A stretch of DNA of 64,000 bases from Candidatus Omnitrophota bacterium (GTDB lineage Bacteria > Omnitrophota > Gorgyraeia > Zapsychrales > Fredricksoniimonadaceae). Below are positions 49,748 through 60,768 of this stretch, piece after piece. Position 1 is the first letter of the stretch. The number at the start of each line of letters is the position of its first letter. The stretch lies in assembly GCA_903860135.1 (NCBI GenBank), contig CAIOPG010000011.1:320-64319 (forward strand). Reading direction: 5' to 3'. The notes beneath the pieces are model-generated. The model searched no databases and had not been told where the DNA came from. It saw nothing but the letters and a program-made list of their open reading frames with translations. The position numbers and the translations under genes are program-made.

Positions 49748-50485
49748 TTATTCCAAATACTTCGCCGCTTTGATGTTTTTTTCGAGGTGGTAGAGGAGGA
49801 AATTGTTGAGGATGTTCTTGAGTTCCTTGCGGACAGAGGGGGCAAGGGTGAGTTTGAGGCATTGAAGCCAGGGGTGTTTTTCGATGTAAATAAGGGACGC
49901 GAGGGCACCGGGAGATACGGGAATGAGACCGGGCTCCCTGCGTTCACAGCGCGGGCAAACGAGACCACCCTGTCGCGTGCTGAACTTGGCTTTGTGTGTA
50001 ACAGCGCAGGCGCACTGGACGCACGAATCAATGTGCGGGCGAAAGCCTGACAGGGCCAGAAGCTTGATCTGGAACATGTGCACGAGCCGCCCCGGATCCC
50101 TGGCCTCGCCGAGCGAACGGCAATAATCCAGGAGCAAGGTATACACAGGTTCGTTCTTCTGCTCCACCGGCATGATCTTGTTTAAAAGTTCACAGGCATA
50201 ATCAGCGGCGGTCATACGCTTGATGTCCACACGGATCGCCGGGAAATGTTCTTTCATGTCGCAATGGCTGATCAGGTGGATGTCGCTGTTGCGGTACTGG
50301 TAGAAAATGATGTCATTGACGGAAAGTTTGTCGAGGCTGGTGCGGAACTTGCGCGGATCCTTGCGGATGCCCTTAAGGACACCGTTGACCTTGCCGTGCG
50401 AACGCGTGAAAAAAAACGCGATCACGCTCGTCTCGCGCAGGGGCACCGTCCTTAAGACTACAGCTTCCGTCGATATAATGGCCAT
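49748..50485 (-). CDS. recO: DNA repair protein RecO
   Basis: N-terminal OB fold (E...I..FFT..HGK...KG.RK), GFRP...CVQC, GGLVCPRC zinc finger. Confidence 0.93.
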   Translation of the reverse strand: MAIISTEAVVLRTVPLRETSVIAFFFTRSHGKVNGVLKGIRKDPRKFRTSLDKLSVNDIIFYQYRNSDIHLISHCDMKEHFPAIRVDIKRMTAADYACELLNKIMPVEQKNEPVYTLLLDYCRSLGEARDPGRLVHMFQIKLLALSGFRPHIDSCVQCACAVTHKAKFSTRQGGLVCPRCERREPGLIPVSPGALASLIYIEKHPWLQCLKLTLAPSVRKELKNILNNFLLYHLEKNIKAAKYLE

Positions 50486-50500
50486 AATAGATCCATGCTC

Positions 50501-50923
50501 CTACATGACCAAAGCAAGCCATGCCTCTTCACGCGCGCGCATGACGGCACGCTGTTTTAACGTGGCATCATCCTGCCCCAGCAAATGCAAGATGCCGTGC
50601 GCGAGGTACCGCAACAGCTCACGTTCCTCCGGCTCGCCGTAGATCCGCGCATTGCGGCGCGCTTCCGCCGGGCAAATATAGATCTCGCCATCGATGCGCC
50701 CGGGGACAACCCCTTCACCCAGATTAAATGTAATCACATCGGTCACATAATCATGACCCAGGCGGGCGCGATTGACAGCACGGATACGGCTTCCGGTAAC
50801 AAAGACCAGCGAAAGCTCCGCCGCATTGACACCGCTATGGGTCAGGAACACCTTAGCGGCCTGCGTGATCTTCCGGGGCGTCAGCGTGATCGTCGCCGCC
50901 GAAAGGCTTACCGTGATGTCCAT
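50501..50923 (-). CDS. ybeY: rRNA maturation endoribonuclease YbeY
   Basis: TDVITF, GEIYIC, HGILHLLGQD motifs. Start taken at ATG 50923. Confidence 0.9.
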   Translation of the reverse strand: MDITVSLSAATITLTPRKITQAAKVFLTHSGVNAAELSLVFVTGSRIRAVNRARLGHDYVTDVITFNLGEGVVPGRIDGEIYICPAEARRNARIYGEPEERELLRYLAHGILHLLGQDDATLKQRAVMRAREEAWLALVM

Positions 50924-52259
50924 TTGTTTTTTTAGCATGGGGATATTTGACACGGGCATGGTACATGGCCGCCAGCTCACGCGCGAAAACACCCGAGATG
51001 GCTTCGATCTCGCGCAAGGTCAGGTTACACGCGTCCAGCTGGCCGTCAATAAATTTATTGTTGATGATCTTGCGGACAAGTTCGCTGATCCTGACCGGCG
51101 TATGTTCGTCGAGCGCACGCGTCGCGCCTTCGACCGAGTCAGCCAGCATGATGATCGCCGCTTCCCTGGTCTGTGGCTTAGGCCCGGGATATCGGTAATT
51201 CTCTTCGAGAACAGAATCCGTATCATCTTCGGTGAGTGCTTTCTGATAAAAATAATAGATCAGACTTGTCCCGTGATGCTCCTGGATAAACTCGATCAGC
51301 CGGGGATTCAGCTTGTACCTGTTGGCGATCTCGACGCCTTCCTTCACATGATTCAGGATAACAAGGCGGCTCATCGACGGTTCAAGGCTATCGTGCTTGT
51401 TGTCGGTCATCATCTGGTTCTCGTTGAAATACTCCGGCTTTACCAGTTTGCCGATATCATGGTAATAAGCACCGACCCGGACCAACAGCGCATTGGCGCC
51501 AATGGCATCGGCCGCCGCTCCGGCAAGATTGCTCAAGACCAGGCTGTGGTGATACGTGCCGGGAGCTTCAAGTGCCAAACGCTTCAACAGCGGCTGGGTG
51601 AGCGCGTCGGAAAGTTCCAGCAGGCTAAAATGCGTCAATTCGCCAAACAGGCTTTCAAATATCTTAAGGGTCACCATAACAACCGCCGCTGATATGATCC
51701 CGCTGATCAGCAGTGGTCTGATACCGTCATAGAATACTTCCCGCGACAAATAAGGATGCTCCAGAAAAAACGCAAAAGCCTGTATCCCTCCAGCGATAAG
51801 CCCCGCCGCCAAGACCTTGCCGCGGGTACGGGCCTGACGCACCATATAAGAACCGGCCAACCCGCCAATAAACATGATCAGGCACACCTGCAGGGAAAGC
51901 CCAAGGACAAGGCTGAGCAAGGCCGACGCCATGAACGCCATGGAAAACGCCAACTGAAAATCATTGAAAAGCAGCATGGCCAGCATGGCCACACTGGCCA
52001 CCGGGATGTAATAAGCCGAAAGATGGGCGTATTCCATCATGGCCTGCCCCGACGCTGTCAAAAGGACCAACAAAAGGCCGCAATGCAGGAAACGTTTTCT
52101 CTGCACCCCACGGAACATCGCCAGATAACAGCCATAAAACACCAGCAACAGCGGGATCATCAATGAGAAACCACCCGCCAGGCAATAAAAAAGCAGTGCC
52201 GCAAAGATCCATGCCGCCATGATAATATTTTCTTTTTTATTACTTTTGATATCTGCCAT
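50853..52259 (-). CDS. 7TM-HD (HDIG) membrane phosphohydrolase, PgpH-like
   Basis: Multiple TM helices, APGTYHHS, YYHDIGK, EHHGT, YPGPKP, MLADSVE motifs. Start taken at ATG 52259. Confidence 0.9.
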   Translation of the reverse strand: MADIKSNKKENIIMAAWIFAALLFYCLAGGFSLMIPLLLVFYGCYLAMFRGVQRKRFLHCGLLLVLLTASGQAMMEYAHLSAYYIPVASVAMLAMLLFNDFQLAFSMAFMASALLSLVLGLSLQVCLIMFIGGLAGSYMVRQARTRGKVLAAGLIAGGIQAFAFFLEHPYLSREVFYDGIRPLLISGIISAAVVMVTLKIFESLFGELTHFSLLELSDALTQPLLKRLALEAPGTYHHSLVLSNLAGAAADAIGANALLVRVGAYYHDIGKLVKPEYFNENQMMTDNKHDSLEPSMSRLVILNHVKEGVEIANRYKLNPRLIEFIQEHHGTSLIYYFYQKALTEDDTDSVLEENYRYPGPKPQTREAAIIMLADSVEGATRALDEHTPVRISELVRKIINNKFIDGQLDACNLTLREIEAISGVFARELAAMYHARVKYPHAKKTNGHHGKPFGGDDHADAPEDHAGR

Positions 52260-52264
52260 AAGCC

Positions 52265-53662
52265 TTACTTCTTCTTCAACGCCACAAGGCCAAGATCCTG
52301 CAGTTGGCCGGCATCTACCGACGACGGCGCATCGGCCAGCGGGCACCAGCCGCGCTGGGTCTTGGGGAAAGCGATGGTGTCGCGGATCGAATCAAGGCCG
52401 GTCAACAACGCCACCAGGCGGTCAAGGCCATAGGCAACACCCGCATGCGGCGGAGCCCCATATTCAAACGCACGCAACAAAAACCCGAATCGAGAATTGA
52501 TCTCTTCTTCGCCGAGACCAATGATGTCGAAGATCCTCTTTTGAATATCACGGCGATGGATACGCACCGAGCCAGAACCGATCTCACTGCCGTTTAATAC
52601 CAGGTCATAAGAACGAGACCGTACTTTGGAAAGATCCTGCCCGTCAAGGAGCGCCACATCATCCGGATGCACCGACGTGAAGGGATGATGCTCGCTTTCC
52701 CAGCGGTTCTCGCCGGGATTATGCTTAAATAAAGGAAAATCCACGACCCACAAGAAGGCAAACTCATTCTTGTCCGTCTTGTCCTTACGGACGTCCGGCT
52801 TGTCGCACCCATACTGCGCCATGGCCTCGGCATGCGTCATGCGCGGGAACGGGATCGGCAGATCAATGCCCTTAACTTCCTTCAGGATCTTCTGGAACAT
52901 GCGTTCCGTGAGGCTGTACACATCTTCCTCATCAACAAACGACATCTCCATATCGATCTGGGTGAACTCCGGCTGTCTGTCTGAACGAAGATCCTCGTCG
53001 CGGAAACATTTGACAATCTGATAATAACGATCCATGCCCGACACCATCAACAGCTGTTTGAAAAGCTGTGGCGACTGGGGCAGGGCGTAAAACTGACCAA
53101 AATTAAGGCGTGACGGCACCAGAAAATCGCGCGCGCCTTCGGGCGTGGATTTCGTCAGGACCGGCGTCTCTACTTCAATAAAATTCTCGTTATTCAGGAA
53201 TGTCCTGACCGTGGCGGCCAGTTTATGACGGGTCAATAGCGCCGCACGCATCTGATCACGACGGATATCAAGGTAACGGTATGTCAGGCGGATCTCCTCG
53301 GTGACATTGGCGTCGCCGGCGATCTCAAACACAGGCACCTTGCTCTCGTTGAGGATCTCAAGCTCTTTGGCAAGGAGTTCAACTCCGCCGGTGGCCATAT
53401 CAGGATTGATATTCTTGTCGGGGCGGACGCTCACGGAACCACGGATACGCACCACAAACTCAGGCCCGAGCTTCTGCGCATTCAGATGCGCTTCTTTCGC
53501 CACCGAAGGCACAAACACGACCTGGGTGATGCCATAACGGTCACGGATATCAATAAAAATAAGTTTGCCGTGATCCCGGCGGCAATGTACCCATCCGGTC
53601 AAAACCACGTCCTGATCTTTGTGTGTAGGTCTTAATTCTCCGCATGTGTGTGTCCGCAGCAT
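52265..53662 (-). CDS. aspS: Aspartate--tRNA ligase (short form lacking GAD insertion)
   Basis: RTHTCG, RRDHG, STPEGARDF, ALPQSPQLFKQ, FRDED.R.DRQPEFTQ, GAPPHAG. Only 465 aa. Confidence 0.96.
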   Translation of the reverse strand: MLRTHTCGELRPTHKDQDVVLTGWVHCRRDHGKLIFIDIRDRYGITQVVFVPSVAKEAHLNAQKLGPEFVVRIRGSVSVRPDKNINPDMATGGVELLAKELEILNESKVPVFEIAGDANVTEEIRLTYRYLDIRRDQMRAALLTRHKLAATVRTFLNNENFIEVETPVLTKSTPEGARDFLVPSRLNFGQFYALPQSPQLFKQLLMVSGMDRYYQIVKCFRDEDLRSDRQPEFTQIDMEMSFVDEEDVYSLTERMFQKILKEVKGIDLPIPFPRMTHAEAMAQYGCDKPDVRKDKTDKNEFAFLWVVDFPLFKHNPGENRWESEHHPFTSVHPDDVALLDGQDLSKVRSRSYDLVLNGSEIGSGSVRIHRRDIQKRIFDIIGLGEEEINSRFGFLLRAFEYGAPPHAGVAYGLDRLVALLTGLDSIRDTIAFPKTQRGWCPLADAPSSVDAGQLQDLGLVALKKK

Positions 53663-53676
53663 AACAGGATGCCTTT

Positions 53677-54984
53677 CTAAGGATTAAATTGCCTGACCAG
53701 ATTGCCTATCAAGGCATCGGTAATTTGATCTAACTTTTGCTCTCCCGTCACCATATCTTTAACCGTGACAGTTCCGTTCTTCATCTCTTCAGCGCCAAGG
53801 ACAAAAACCTGTTTAGCACCAAGTCTGTCGGCCTGTTCAAACTGCTTTCTGATATTATGGCTGCCACTAAAATCCATGTCCGCAGCAATCCTTTCTTTGC
53901 GTAACTTGTCCACCAGCAAAAATGTTGCCTGTTCCGCTTCAGCCGTACCGGATACAACAAAAACATCGAGCGACCGTCGCGCCTTCACCGCCGCCCCCTG
54001 CGCTTCGAGCGCCAGCAGGATGCGCTCCATCCCCAACGCAAACCCGATGGCACCGATCGTTTGCGGGAATCGGCGATCCCCACCGCCCAGCTGTTCAATG
54101 AGCCCGTTATAACGTCCGCCCGCCCCCAGCGCGTCCTGGGTGCCAAGCTTGGCGCAGGAAATTTCAAAAACTGTGTGGGTATAATAATCAAGCCCGCGCA
54201 CCAGCTGGGCAGACACTTCATAATCAATGCCCAAACAATCCAGTCCCGCGCGCACCCGCTCAAAATAAGCCCTGCCGCTCTCGGACAGATGCCGGGTGCC
54301 GATATCAAGCCGCCCGATCACCTCCCGACAAGCCTCATCTTTTGAATCAAGCAGGCGGAACACATTGCGTTCATATTGATCCTTACACAGATCACTCAAA
54401 TGCTCGATCTTGCCCCTCAATTCATCCCTCAGCCATTGCGCAAAATGCTGTTTATCTTCAGCACTGCCCAGGCTATTGATCTTGAGTTTAAAATCGTTGA
54501 CACCCAAAGACTTAAGGATATTGACCGCTAAGGCGATCATCTCGGCATCGAGCAAAGGATGATCCGCGCCGCGCCCGATAGCTTCCGCGCCAATCTGGTG
54601 AAACTGACGCAAGCGCCCTTTTTGCGGGCGTTCCCCACGGAACATGGGACCGATATAAAATAATTTCGATAATAAATCTTCACGACCAAGGTTGTATTGA
54701 TTATACGCGCGCACCACCGCCGCTGTGCCTTCAGGCCGAAGACAAAAACCCGCCTCTTCAGCATCCGCACGCTGGCTTCTAACTTCCAGGAGCTGTTTAT
54801 TGACCACCTCGGTTGTCTCGCCGAGCGAACGCTTGAACAAGCCGGTTTCTTCAAAAACAGGCGTACGCAATTCGCTGTAACCGTAGGTTTTAAAAAGCGT
54901 GCGGGCAGTTACTTCAAGGTTTTGCCATGCGGCGATCTGTTCGGGCAAGATATCGCTGGTGCCGCGGGGAGAGGAAATTTTCAC
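53677..54984 (-). CDS. hisS: Histidine--tRNA ligase
   Basis: RPEGTA, FRGERPQKGRLRQFHQ, LVRGLDYY, GGRY motifs. Confidence 0.96.
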   Translation of the reverse strand: MKISSPRGTSDILPEQIAAWQNLEVTARTLFKTYGYSELRTPVFEETGLFKRSLGETTEVVNKQLLEVRSQRADAEEAGFCLRPEGTAAVVRAYNQYNLGREDLLSKLFYIGPMFRGERPQKGRLRQFHQIGAEAIGRGADHPLLDAEMIALAVNILKSLGVNDFKLKINSLGSAEDKQHFAQWLRDELRGKIEHLSDLCKDQYERNVFRLLDSKDEACREVIGRLDIGTRHLSESGRAYFERVRAGLDCLGIDYEVSAQLVRGLDYYTHTVFEISCAKLGTQDALGAGGRYNGLIEQLGGGDRRFPQTIGAIGFALGMERILLALEAQGAAVKARRSLDVFVVSGTAEAEQATFLLVDKLRKERIAADMDFSGSHNIRKQFEQADRLGAKQVFVLGAEEMKNGTVTVKDMVTGEQKLDQITDALIGNLVRQFNP

Positions 54985-54985
54985 G

Positions 54986-55267
54986 TTATTTGATCTTCTG
55001 TTTCATCTCAAGCCCGGGTTTGAACACAACCACGCGGCGCGGCGGCACAGGCACACTGGCGCCAGTGCGCGGGTTCCGCCCGAAACGGGCCCGGCGTTCC
55101 TTGATCTTGAACACGCCAAAATTACGTAACTCTACTTTTTCGTTACGGTTAAGGCTGTCGACGATAACATCGAATGTTTTCTGGACGATCTTCTTCACAT
55201 CTACCTGCTTGATGCCTGTCATGTCGGTGATCTTAAGTACAATGTCTTTCTTTGTCATATGTGTCAA
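54986..55267 (-). CDS. HU/IHF family DNA-binding protein
   Basis: MTKKDI, VELRNFGVF, R.GRNPRTG, FKPG motifs. Confidence 0.95.
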   Translation of the reverse strand: MTHMTKKDIVLKITDMTGIKQVDVKKIVQKTFDVIVDSLNRNEKVELRNFGVFKIKERRARFGRNPRTGASVPVPPRRVVVFKPGLEMKQKIK

Positions 55268-55286
55268 CCTCCTAAATTTTGTAAAT

Positions 55287-55315
55287 ATCGTACCAACAAG
55301 GACTTATGGTGTCAA
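55287..55315 (-). promoter_or_regulatory. Sigma70 promoter for HU/IHF-hisS-aspS operon
   Basis: Minus strand TTGACA (55315-10), 17 nt spacer, TACGAT (55292-87) with TGn extension. Confidence 0.6.
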
Positions 55316-55407
55316 GGAGAAAGCCTTTCTCCTTGCGGCGCGGATTGGATCTGCCTCAACCAACTGTCATCAAGTGTAGAATATTGCGCCCCAAAAAACA
55401 ACCCCCC

Positions 55408-58400
55408 TCAAAGCACGACGTGAAAAGCATTCTCACCCACGATCACTTTGATCTCGTCCATGAGCACTTCACTGGGGGTAACATAGAGGTTGCGGCCCAC
55501 TTTGATCTCGACACTTTTATGGTTGCGGGTATCGATCTGAAGATGAACGGGAACCTGGCCGGGAAAATGTTCCAATTTCTTTTTGATCAGGGGAAGCTTA
55601 TCCGGGCTGATCCCTGTGGTGTCAATGCGGATCAACTTAACAAGCTGGTAAATCTCGTTGATGTCGCGCAGTTCATCGATGATGATGTTGCGCGGCCCTG
55701 ACAATTTACCGTCTTTCCCTTTGCGTGACAGCATCTTGCCTTTGACGACAATGATCACACCTTCCTTGAGGTAAGAATTCACGGTCTTGAAAACTTCAGG
55801 GAAGGCCACCGCCTCGACCGAGCCCTCCAGGTCTTCGAGCGTCAGGATCGCCATACGCTCGCCACGGCTTTTGGTCACCGTATGCCGTACGGCCGCGACC
55901 ATGGCGATCATGGCCACAGACTGATTTTCCGCCATACCGCTGATCTTTGAAGTTGTAGCATTGGTGAACGTCCGGATCTCAACCCCGTAACGATCGAGCG
56001 GATGCCCGCTCAGGAAAAAACCCAGCAACTCTTTCTCAAAAGAAAGCACCTGGGGTTGCGGCCACTCTTTCATCGACGGAAAAACATCCGCCACATCAGA
56101 GAAACCCCCTGATGCCGCGCCGATGGAAAAAAGTGAAAGCTGGCCGGACAGCGCGTCTTTCTGACGGCTCGCGCCGGCGCTCAACGCCTGGTCAAGAACC
56201 GCCATCATCTGTGACCGCAAGGCACCCAGACCGTCAAATGCCCCGCACTTGATGAGAGACTCGATCACCTTGCGATTGCACGAACGCAGGTCCACCCGCT
56301 GGCAAAAGTTATAAATGGAGGCAAAGGCCCCGCCCTTTTGCCGTTCCGCCACGATCACGTCAATGGCTGCAGACCCGACGTTCTTGATGCCCAGCAATCC
56401 GTAGCGGATCACGTTCTTGCCGACAACGCTGAACAGCGACCGGCTCTGATTCACATCAGGTGGCAGCACCGCAATGCCCATCGCGGCCGAAGCTTTGACA
56501 TAACCGACGATCTTGTCCATATTATCTTTTTCATTGGTCAGCAGAGCGCACATGAATTCGACAGGATAATTCGCTTTGAGAAAAGCTGTCCTGTAGGTGA
56601 TGACCGCATAGGCCGCCGAATGGGAACGGTTGAAGCCATAACCGGCGAATTTATCAATAAGGTCAAACAAGCGGTTGGCTTCCTCGTCGAGGATCTGGCT
56701 GACCTTGAGGCAGCCATCGACGAAGTAAGCGCGCATCTTGTCCATCTCGCTGGCTTTCTTCTTCGACATGGCGCGGCGCAAATTATCAGCGTCGGCCATG
56801 GAAAACCCGGCGAGTTCACACGCCATCTGCATGACCTGTTCCTGATAGATCGCGACCCCGTAACTGTTCTTCAAAACCTTTTCAAGCTTAGGATGCGGAT
56901 ACTGCACCGTAGCCTCGCCGCGCTTGCGCTTAATGAAATCATCAACCATGCCACTGCCCAAAGGCCCCGGGCGATAAAGCGCGAGCAGGGCAATAATATC
57001 TTCAAACTCCGTCGGTTTACTGCGGATAAGCAGGTTGCGCATCCCGTCGCTTTCAACCTGAAAGATACCGGCACTGTCACCCTGGCCCAAAAGGTCAAAT
57101 GTCTTCTTATCATCGAGCGCGATCTTGCGCAGGTCCAGGTCAACGCCACGCGTTTCCTTGATGATCCGCTGGGCATCCTGGATCAACGTCAGCGTTTTTA
57201 GCCCCAGGAAGTCCATCTTGAGAAGGCCGATCTTCTCAACCCCCTTCATCGTGTAAGCCGTGGTGACCTGATCGTCCACTTTATAGAGAGGGACATAATT
57301 TGTCAGGGCTTTGTCAGAAATAACAACGCCCGCCGCATGCACCGACGCGTGCCGGCTTAACCCTTCAAGGACACGCGCGATCTCCATCATGCGCCGGGCG
57401 GTATCGTCAGCGGCAATGATCCCCTTGAGCTGAGGCTCAGTTTCAATGGCAAGGTCAACCGTCACATGCATGGCCTCCCCGTTATCATCCATCACGCGGT
57501 CAGGGATCAATTTGGCAATGCGGTCAACGTCGGCATAAGGAAGGCCCAGCGCACGCCCCACATCACGCACAACGGCTTTCGCCTGCATGGTACCGAACGT
57601 GATGATCTGCGCCACATTTTCACGACCGTATTTGCGCGTCACATAATCCACAACCTCGCCGCGGCGTTCGAAACAAAAATCAATATCAATATCCGGCATG
57701 CTTTTACGGCTGGGATTTAGAAAGCGTTCAAAGAAAAGCAGATACTTGATCGGATCCAGATCCGTGATGCCCAGCAGGTAACTGACCAGACTGCCTGCTG
57801 CCGAACCACGGCCTGGCCCGACGGGAATGCCACTGCTCTGGGCATAATGCACAAAGTCCCAGACGATCAAAAAGTAACCGATGAAGCCAAGGTCGGCAAT
57901 AACCTTGAGTTCAAAGTCTAGTTTATCAAACACTTCCGCCGGAGCCTGCGCGCCGTAGCGTTCGGTAACCCCATCAAGGCAAAGGCGGCGAAGATAGGTC
58001 GACGGCGTCTCTCCCGCCGGGCAGGCATAGTCGGGCACATGATACTTGCCGAACTCCAGTTTAACCTGGCACTTGTCGGCAATGACCAGCGTATTGTTCA
58101 ACGCTTCAGGCGCCCAGGCGAAAAGGGCAGCCATTTCTTCGGCGCTCTTGAAATAAAACTGGTCAGAGTTCATGCGCATGCGTTTGGGATCAGAAAGCGT
58201 TGTCTGCGTCTGGATGCACAACAGCGCCTCATGCGCCTCGTAATGCGCGTATTCAACGTAATGGACGTCATTGGTAGCCACCAGAGGTAGCACCATTTCG
58301 CGCGACAACTTCAGAAGCCCTTCATTCACAGCCCGTTGATCGGGCAAACCATGATCCATGACCTCCAGATAAAAATCGCCGGGCGTAAATATCTGCCGGA

Positions 58401-58884
58401 ACTGATCGGCCGCACGGCAAGCTTCGTCATATTTCCCCGCGCTCAGCCTTGAGGCGATTTCGCCCTTCAGGCACGCCGAAAGACCGATCAAACCAGCGGC
58501 ATGCGTGGCCAGCAATGCTTTATCAATGCGCGGCTTGTAATAAAATCCGTCGGTATAACCCAAGGACACAAGCTTCATCAGATTAGCATAACCGGTGATG
58601 TCTTTGGCCAAAAGGATCAAATGCGCCGTACCGCGCTGGTCACCACCGCGCTCAAGCCTGGAACCGGGCGCCACATACACCTCACAGCCGATAATGGGCT
58701 TGATCCCCGCGTTGACAGCTTCCTCGTAAAACTCAAGGGCACCGAACATATTGCCGTGATCGGTCATGGCCAGCGCCGCCATCTTGTGCGCTTGAGCCTT
58801 GCGGACAAGATCCTTCAGCCGGCAGGCACCGTCAAGGAGGCTGTACTGGGTATGGACGTGGAGATGAACAAAGGAAGAAGCCAT
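55408..58884 (-). CDS. dnaE: DNA polymerase III alpha subunit
   Basis: HLHVHTQYSLLDG, GRGSAAGS, PDIDIDF, LLKMDFLGL, GYGFNRSH motifs. No intein evident. Confidence 0.97.
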   Translation of the reverse strand: MASSFVHLHVHTQYSLLDGACRLKDLVRKAQAHKMAALAMTDHGNMFGALEFYEEAVNAGIKPIIGCEVYVAPGSRLERGGDQRGTAHLILLAKDITGYANLMKLVSLGYTDGFYYKPRIDKALLATHAAGLIGLSACLKGEIASRLSAGKYDEACRAADQFRQIFTPGDFYLEVMDHGLPDQRAVNEGLLKLSREMVLPLVATNDVHYVEYAHYEAHEALLCIQTQTTLSDPKRMRMNSDQFYFKSAEEMAALFAWAPEALNNTLVIADKCQVKLEFGKYHVPDYACPAGETPSTYLRRLCLDGVTERYGAQAPAEVFDKLDFELKVIADLGFIGYFLIVWDFVHYAQSSGIPVGPGRGSAAGSLVSYLLGITDLDPIKYLLFFERFLNPSRKSMPDIDIDFCFERRGEVVDYVTRKYGRENVAQIITFGTMQAKAVVRDVGRALGLPYADVDRIAKLIPDRVMDDNGEAMHVTVDLAIETEPQLKGIIAADDTARRMMEIARVLEGLSRHASVHAAGVVISDKALTNYVPLYKVDDQVTTAYTMKGVEKIGLLKMDFLGLKTLTLIQDAQRIIKETRGVDLDLRKIALDDKKTFDLLGQGDSAGIFQVESDGMRNLLIRSKPTEFEDIIALLALYRPGPLGSGMVDDFIKRKRGEATVQYPHPKLEKVLKNSYGVAIYQEQVMQMACELAGFSMADADNLRRAMSKKKASEMDKMRAYFVDGCLKVSQILDEEANRLFDLIDKFAGYGFNRSHSAAYAVITYRTAFLKANYPVEFMCALLTNEKDNMDKIVGYVKASAAMGIAVLPPDVNQSRSLFSVVGKNVIRYGLLGIKNVGSAAIDVIVAERQKGGAFASIYNFCQRVDLRSCNRKVIESLIKCGAFDGLGALRSQMMAVLDQALSAGASRQKDALSGQLSLFSIGAASGGFSDVADVFPSMKEWPQPQVLSFEKELLGFFLSGHPLDRYGVEIRTFTNATTSKISGMAENQSVAMIAMVAAVRHTVTKSRGERMAILTLEDLEGSVEAVAFPEVFKTVNSYLKEGVIIVVKGKMLSRKGKDGKLSGPRNIIIDELRDINEIYQLVKLIRIDTTGISPDKLPLIKKKLEHFPGQVPVHLQIDTRNHKSVEIKVGRNLYVTPSEVLMDEIKVIVGENAFHVVL

Positions 58885-58943
58885 CAGCTAAAACCTTGAC
58901 CGCAACGGCAGCCGGCATTTTCCGGCCACCGCGGCGGTAAAGA

Positions 58944-60692
58944 TCATTCCCATTCGATGGTCGCGGGAGGCTTTGAACTGATATCGTAAACCACGCGGTT
59001 CACCCCGCGCACTTCATTGATAATGCGGTTGGAGATCTTGCCCATCAATTCATAAGGTAAATGCACCCAGTCAGCGGTCATCCCGTCGATACTGTTGACG
59101 CACCTTAACGCAATAACATTTTCATACGTGCGCTGATCACCCATGACCCCCACGGTCTTGACCGGCAGGAGTACGGCAAACGACTGCCAGACTTCATTGT
59201 AAAGCCCGGCGCGCTTCATTTCCTCAAGGACACGTTCGTCGGCTTCACGTAAAATTTCCAAACGCTCCTCGGTCACTTCGCCCAGGATACGGATGGCCAA
59301 GCCAGGACCAGGGAACGGCTGACGCTTGAGGATGGATTCGGGTACCGCCAGATGCTTGCCAATAACACGCACCTCATCTTTGAAAAGATCACGGAAAGGT
59401 TCGAGCAATTTTAGTTCAAGGGTCTCGGGAAGGCCGCCCACATTATGATGGCTCTTGATAACAGCCGAAGGACCGCCTGTCGGAGATATCGACTCGATGA
59501 CATCAGGATAAAGCGTCCCCTGTCCGAGAAAGTCAACGCCTTTTATCTTTTTAGCCGCTTCCTGAAAAACCTCCACAAAAACACGTCCAATGATCTTGCG
59601 TTTCTGCTCCGGATCCGTAATGCCTTTGAGTTCATCCAGGAATCGCTTCTGGGCGTCGACCACCGTCAGATTGATCTTGTAATAACCTTTAAAAGTCTTC
59701 TGAACCGAGGCCACCTCGTTCTTGCGGAGAAGGCCGTTATCCACGAAAATGCAGTAAAGATTATTGCCGATGGCCTTATGGATAAGCACCGCCGCCACCG
59801 AAGAATCAACGCCGCCGGAAAGCCCCAAGACAACCTTACTCTTGCCAATGTCTTCGGTCATTTTACGCAACGAAGCTTCAATGAAACGATCCATGGTCCA
59901 GCGCGGCAAACAGCCGCAGATCTGATTCACAAAGTTCTGGATGACCTGCACCCCGCGCTGGGTATGCACTACTTCCGGATGGAACTGAACACCAAATATC
60001 TTCTTGCCGCGATGCCCCATGGCCGCGCAACTGTTGTTGAGCGTGTGCGCCAGTTTCTCAAACCCGGCTGGCAATTCAACGATCTCATCGCCATGGCTCA
60101 TCCAGGACGTCAGGTTCGTGGGCAGGTTCATGAAAAGATCGCGGCTGGAATCAACAAAAAGTTCGGCACGCCCGTATTCCCGATCCTTGCATTTATTGAC
60201 CTTACCGCCAAGAAGCTGTGTAATAAGCTGCATACCGTAACATACGCCTAAGACAGGAATCCCGAGCTTGAAAATATCCTTATCCGGATACGGGGCGTCC
60301 TTGTCATAAACACTCATGGGTCCACCCGAAAAAATGATCCCCTTCGGGCCAATCTCCTTGATCTCGGCCAGCGATATATTGTACGGAACAATGCGGCTAA
60401 AAACTTTGTTCTCACGGATACGCCGGGCGATCAACTGGGTGTACTGGGAACCAAAATCAAGGACAAGAATAACATCCTTGGTCTTTACTTGTTTGACCTT
60501 GATATTCACCGTTTTGGTAGACCCTGCCAACAAATTGACCTTCTTATGCTCCATCCGGTGAAAACCATGCGCTGGCCTAATCACAGAAGATTTGTGTGTC
60601 CCTGCAGAAACCTTGACAGCCTGTTTTCCTGCATTCTTTGAAGCTGACTTAACAACCGGCTTTGCACCAGGATTTTTAACAGCGTTAGGCAT
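58944..60692 (-). CDS. guaA: GMP synthase (glutamine-hydrolysing), with Lys-rich N-terminal extension
   Basis: [35 protein letters not shown] motifs. Confidence 0.96.
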   Translation of the reverse strand: MPNAVKNPGAKPVVKSASKNAGKQAVKVSAGTHKSSVIRPAHGFHRMEHKKVNLLAGSTKTVNIKVKQVKTKDVILVLDFGSQYTQLIARRIRENKVFSRIVPYNISLAEIKEIGPKGIIFSGGPMSVYDKDAPYPDKDIFKLGIPVLGVCYGMQLITQLLGGKVNKCKDREYGRAELFVDSSRDLFMNLPTNLTSWMSHGDEIVELPAGFEKLAHTLNNSCAAMGHRGKKIFGVQFHPEVVHTQRGVQVIQNFVNQICGCLPRWTMDRFIEASLRKMTEDIGKSKVVLGLSGGVDSSVAAVLIHKAIGNNLYCIFVDNGLLRKNEVASVQKTFKGYYKINLTVVDAQKRFLDELKGITDPEQKRKIIGRVFVEVFQEAAKKIKGVDFLGQGTLYPDVIESISPTGGPSAVIKSHHNVGGLPETLELKLLEPFRDLFKDEVRVIGKHLAVPESILKRQPFPGPGLAIRILGEVTEERLEILREADERVLEEMKRAGLYNEVWQSFAVLLPVKTVGVMGDQRTYENVIALRCVNSIDGMTADWVHLPYELMGKISNRIINEVRGVNRVVYDISSKPPATIEWE

Positions 60693-60768
60693 TTATTTCT
60701 CTCTTTCCCTTAAAGTTATCGTCGCGCGCAAAGCACCGGAAACACACGGGACCGCCAGCGGGCACAGC

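Noticed and set aside
55408-58884. Intein in dnaE
   Set aside because: The length (1158 aa) and continuous motifs fit an uninterrupted DnaE.
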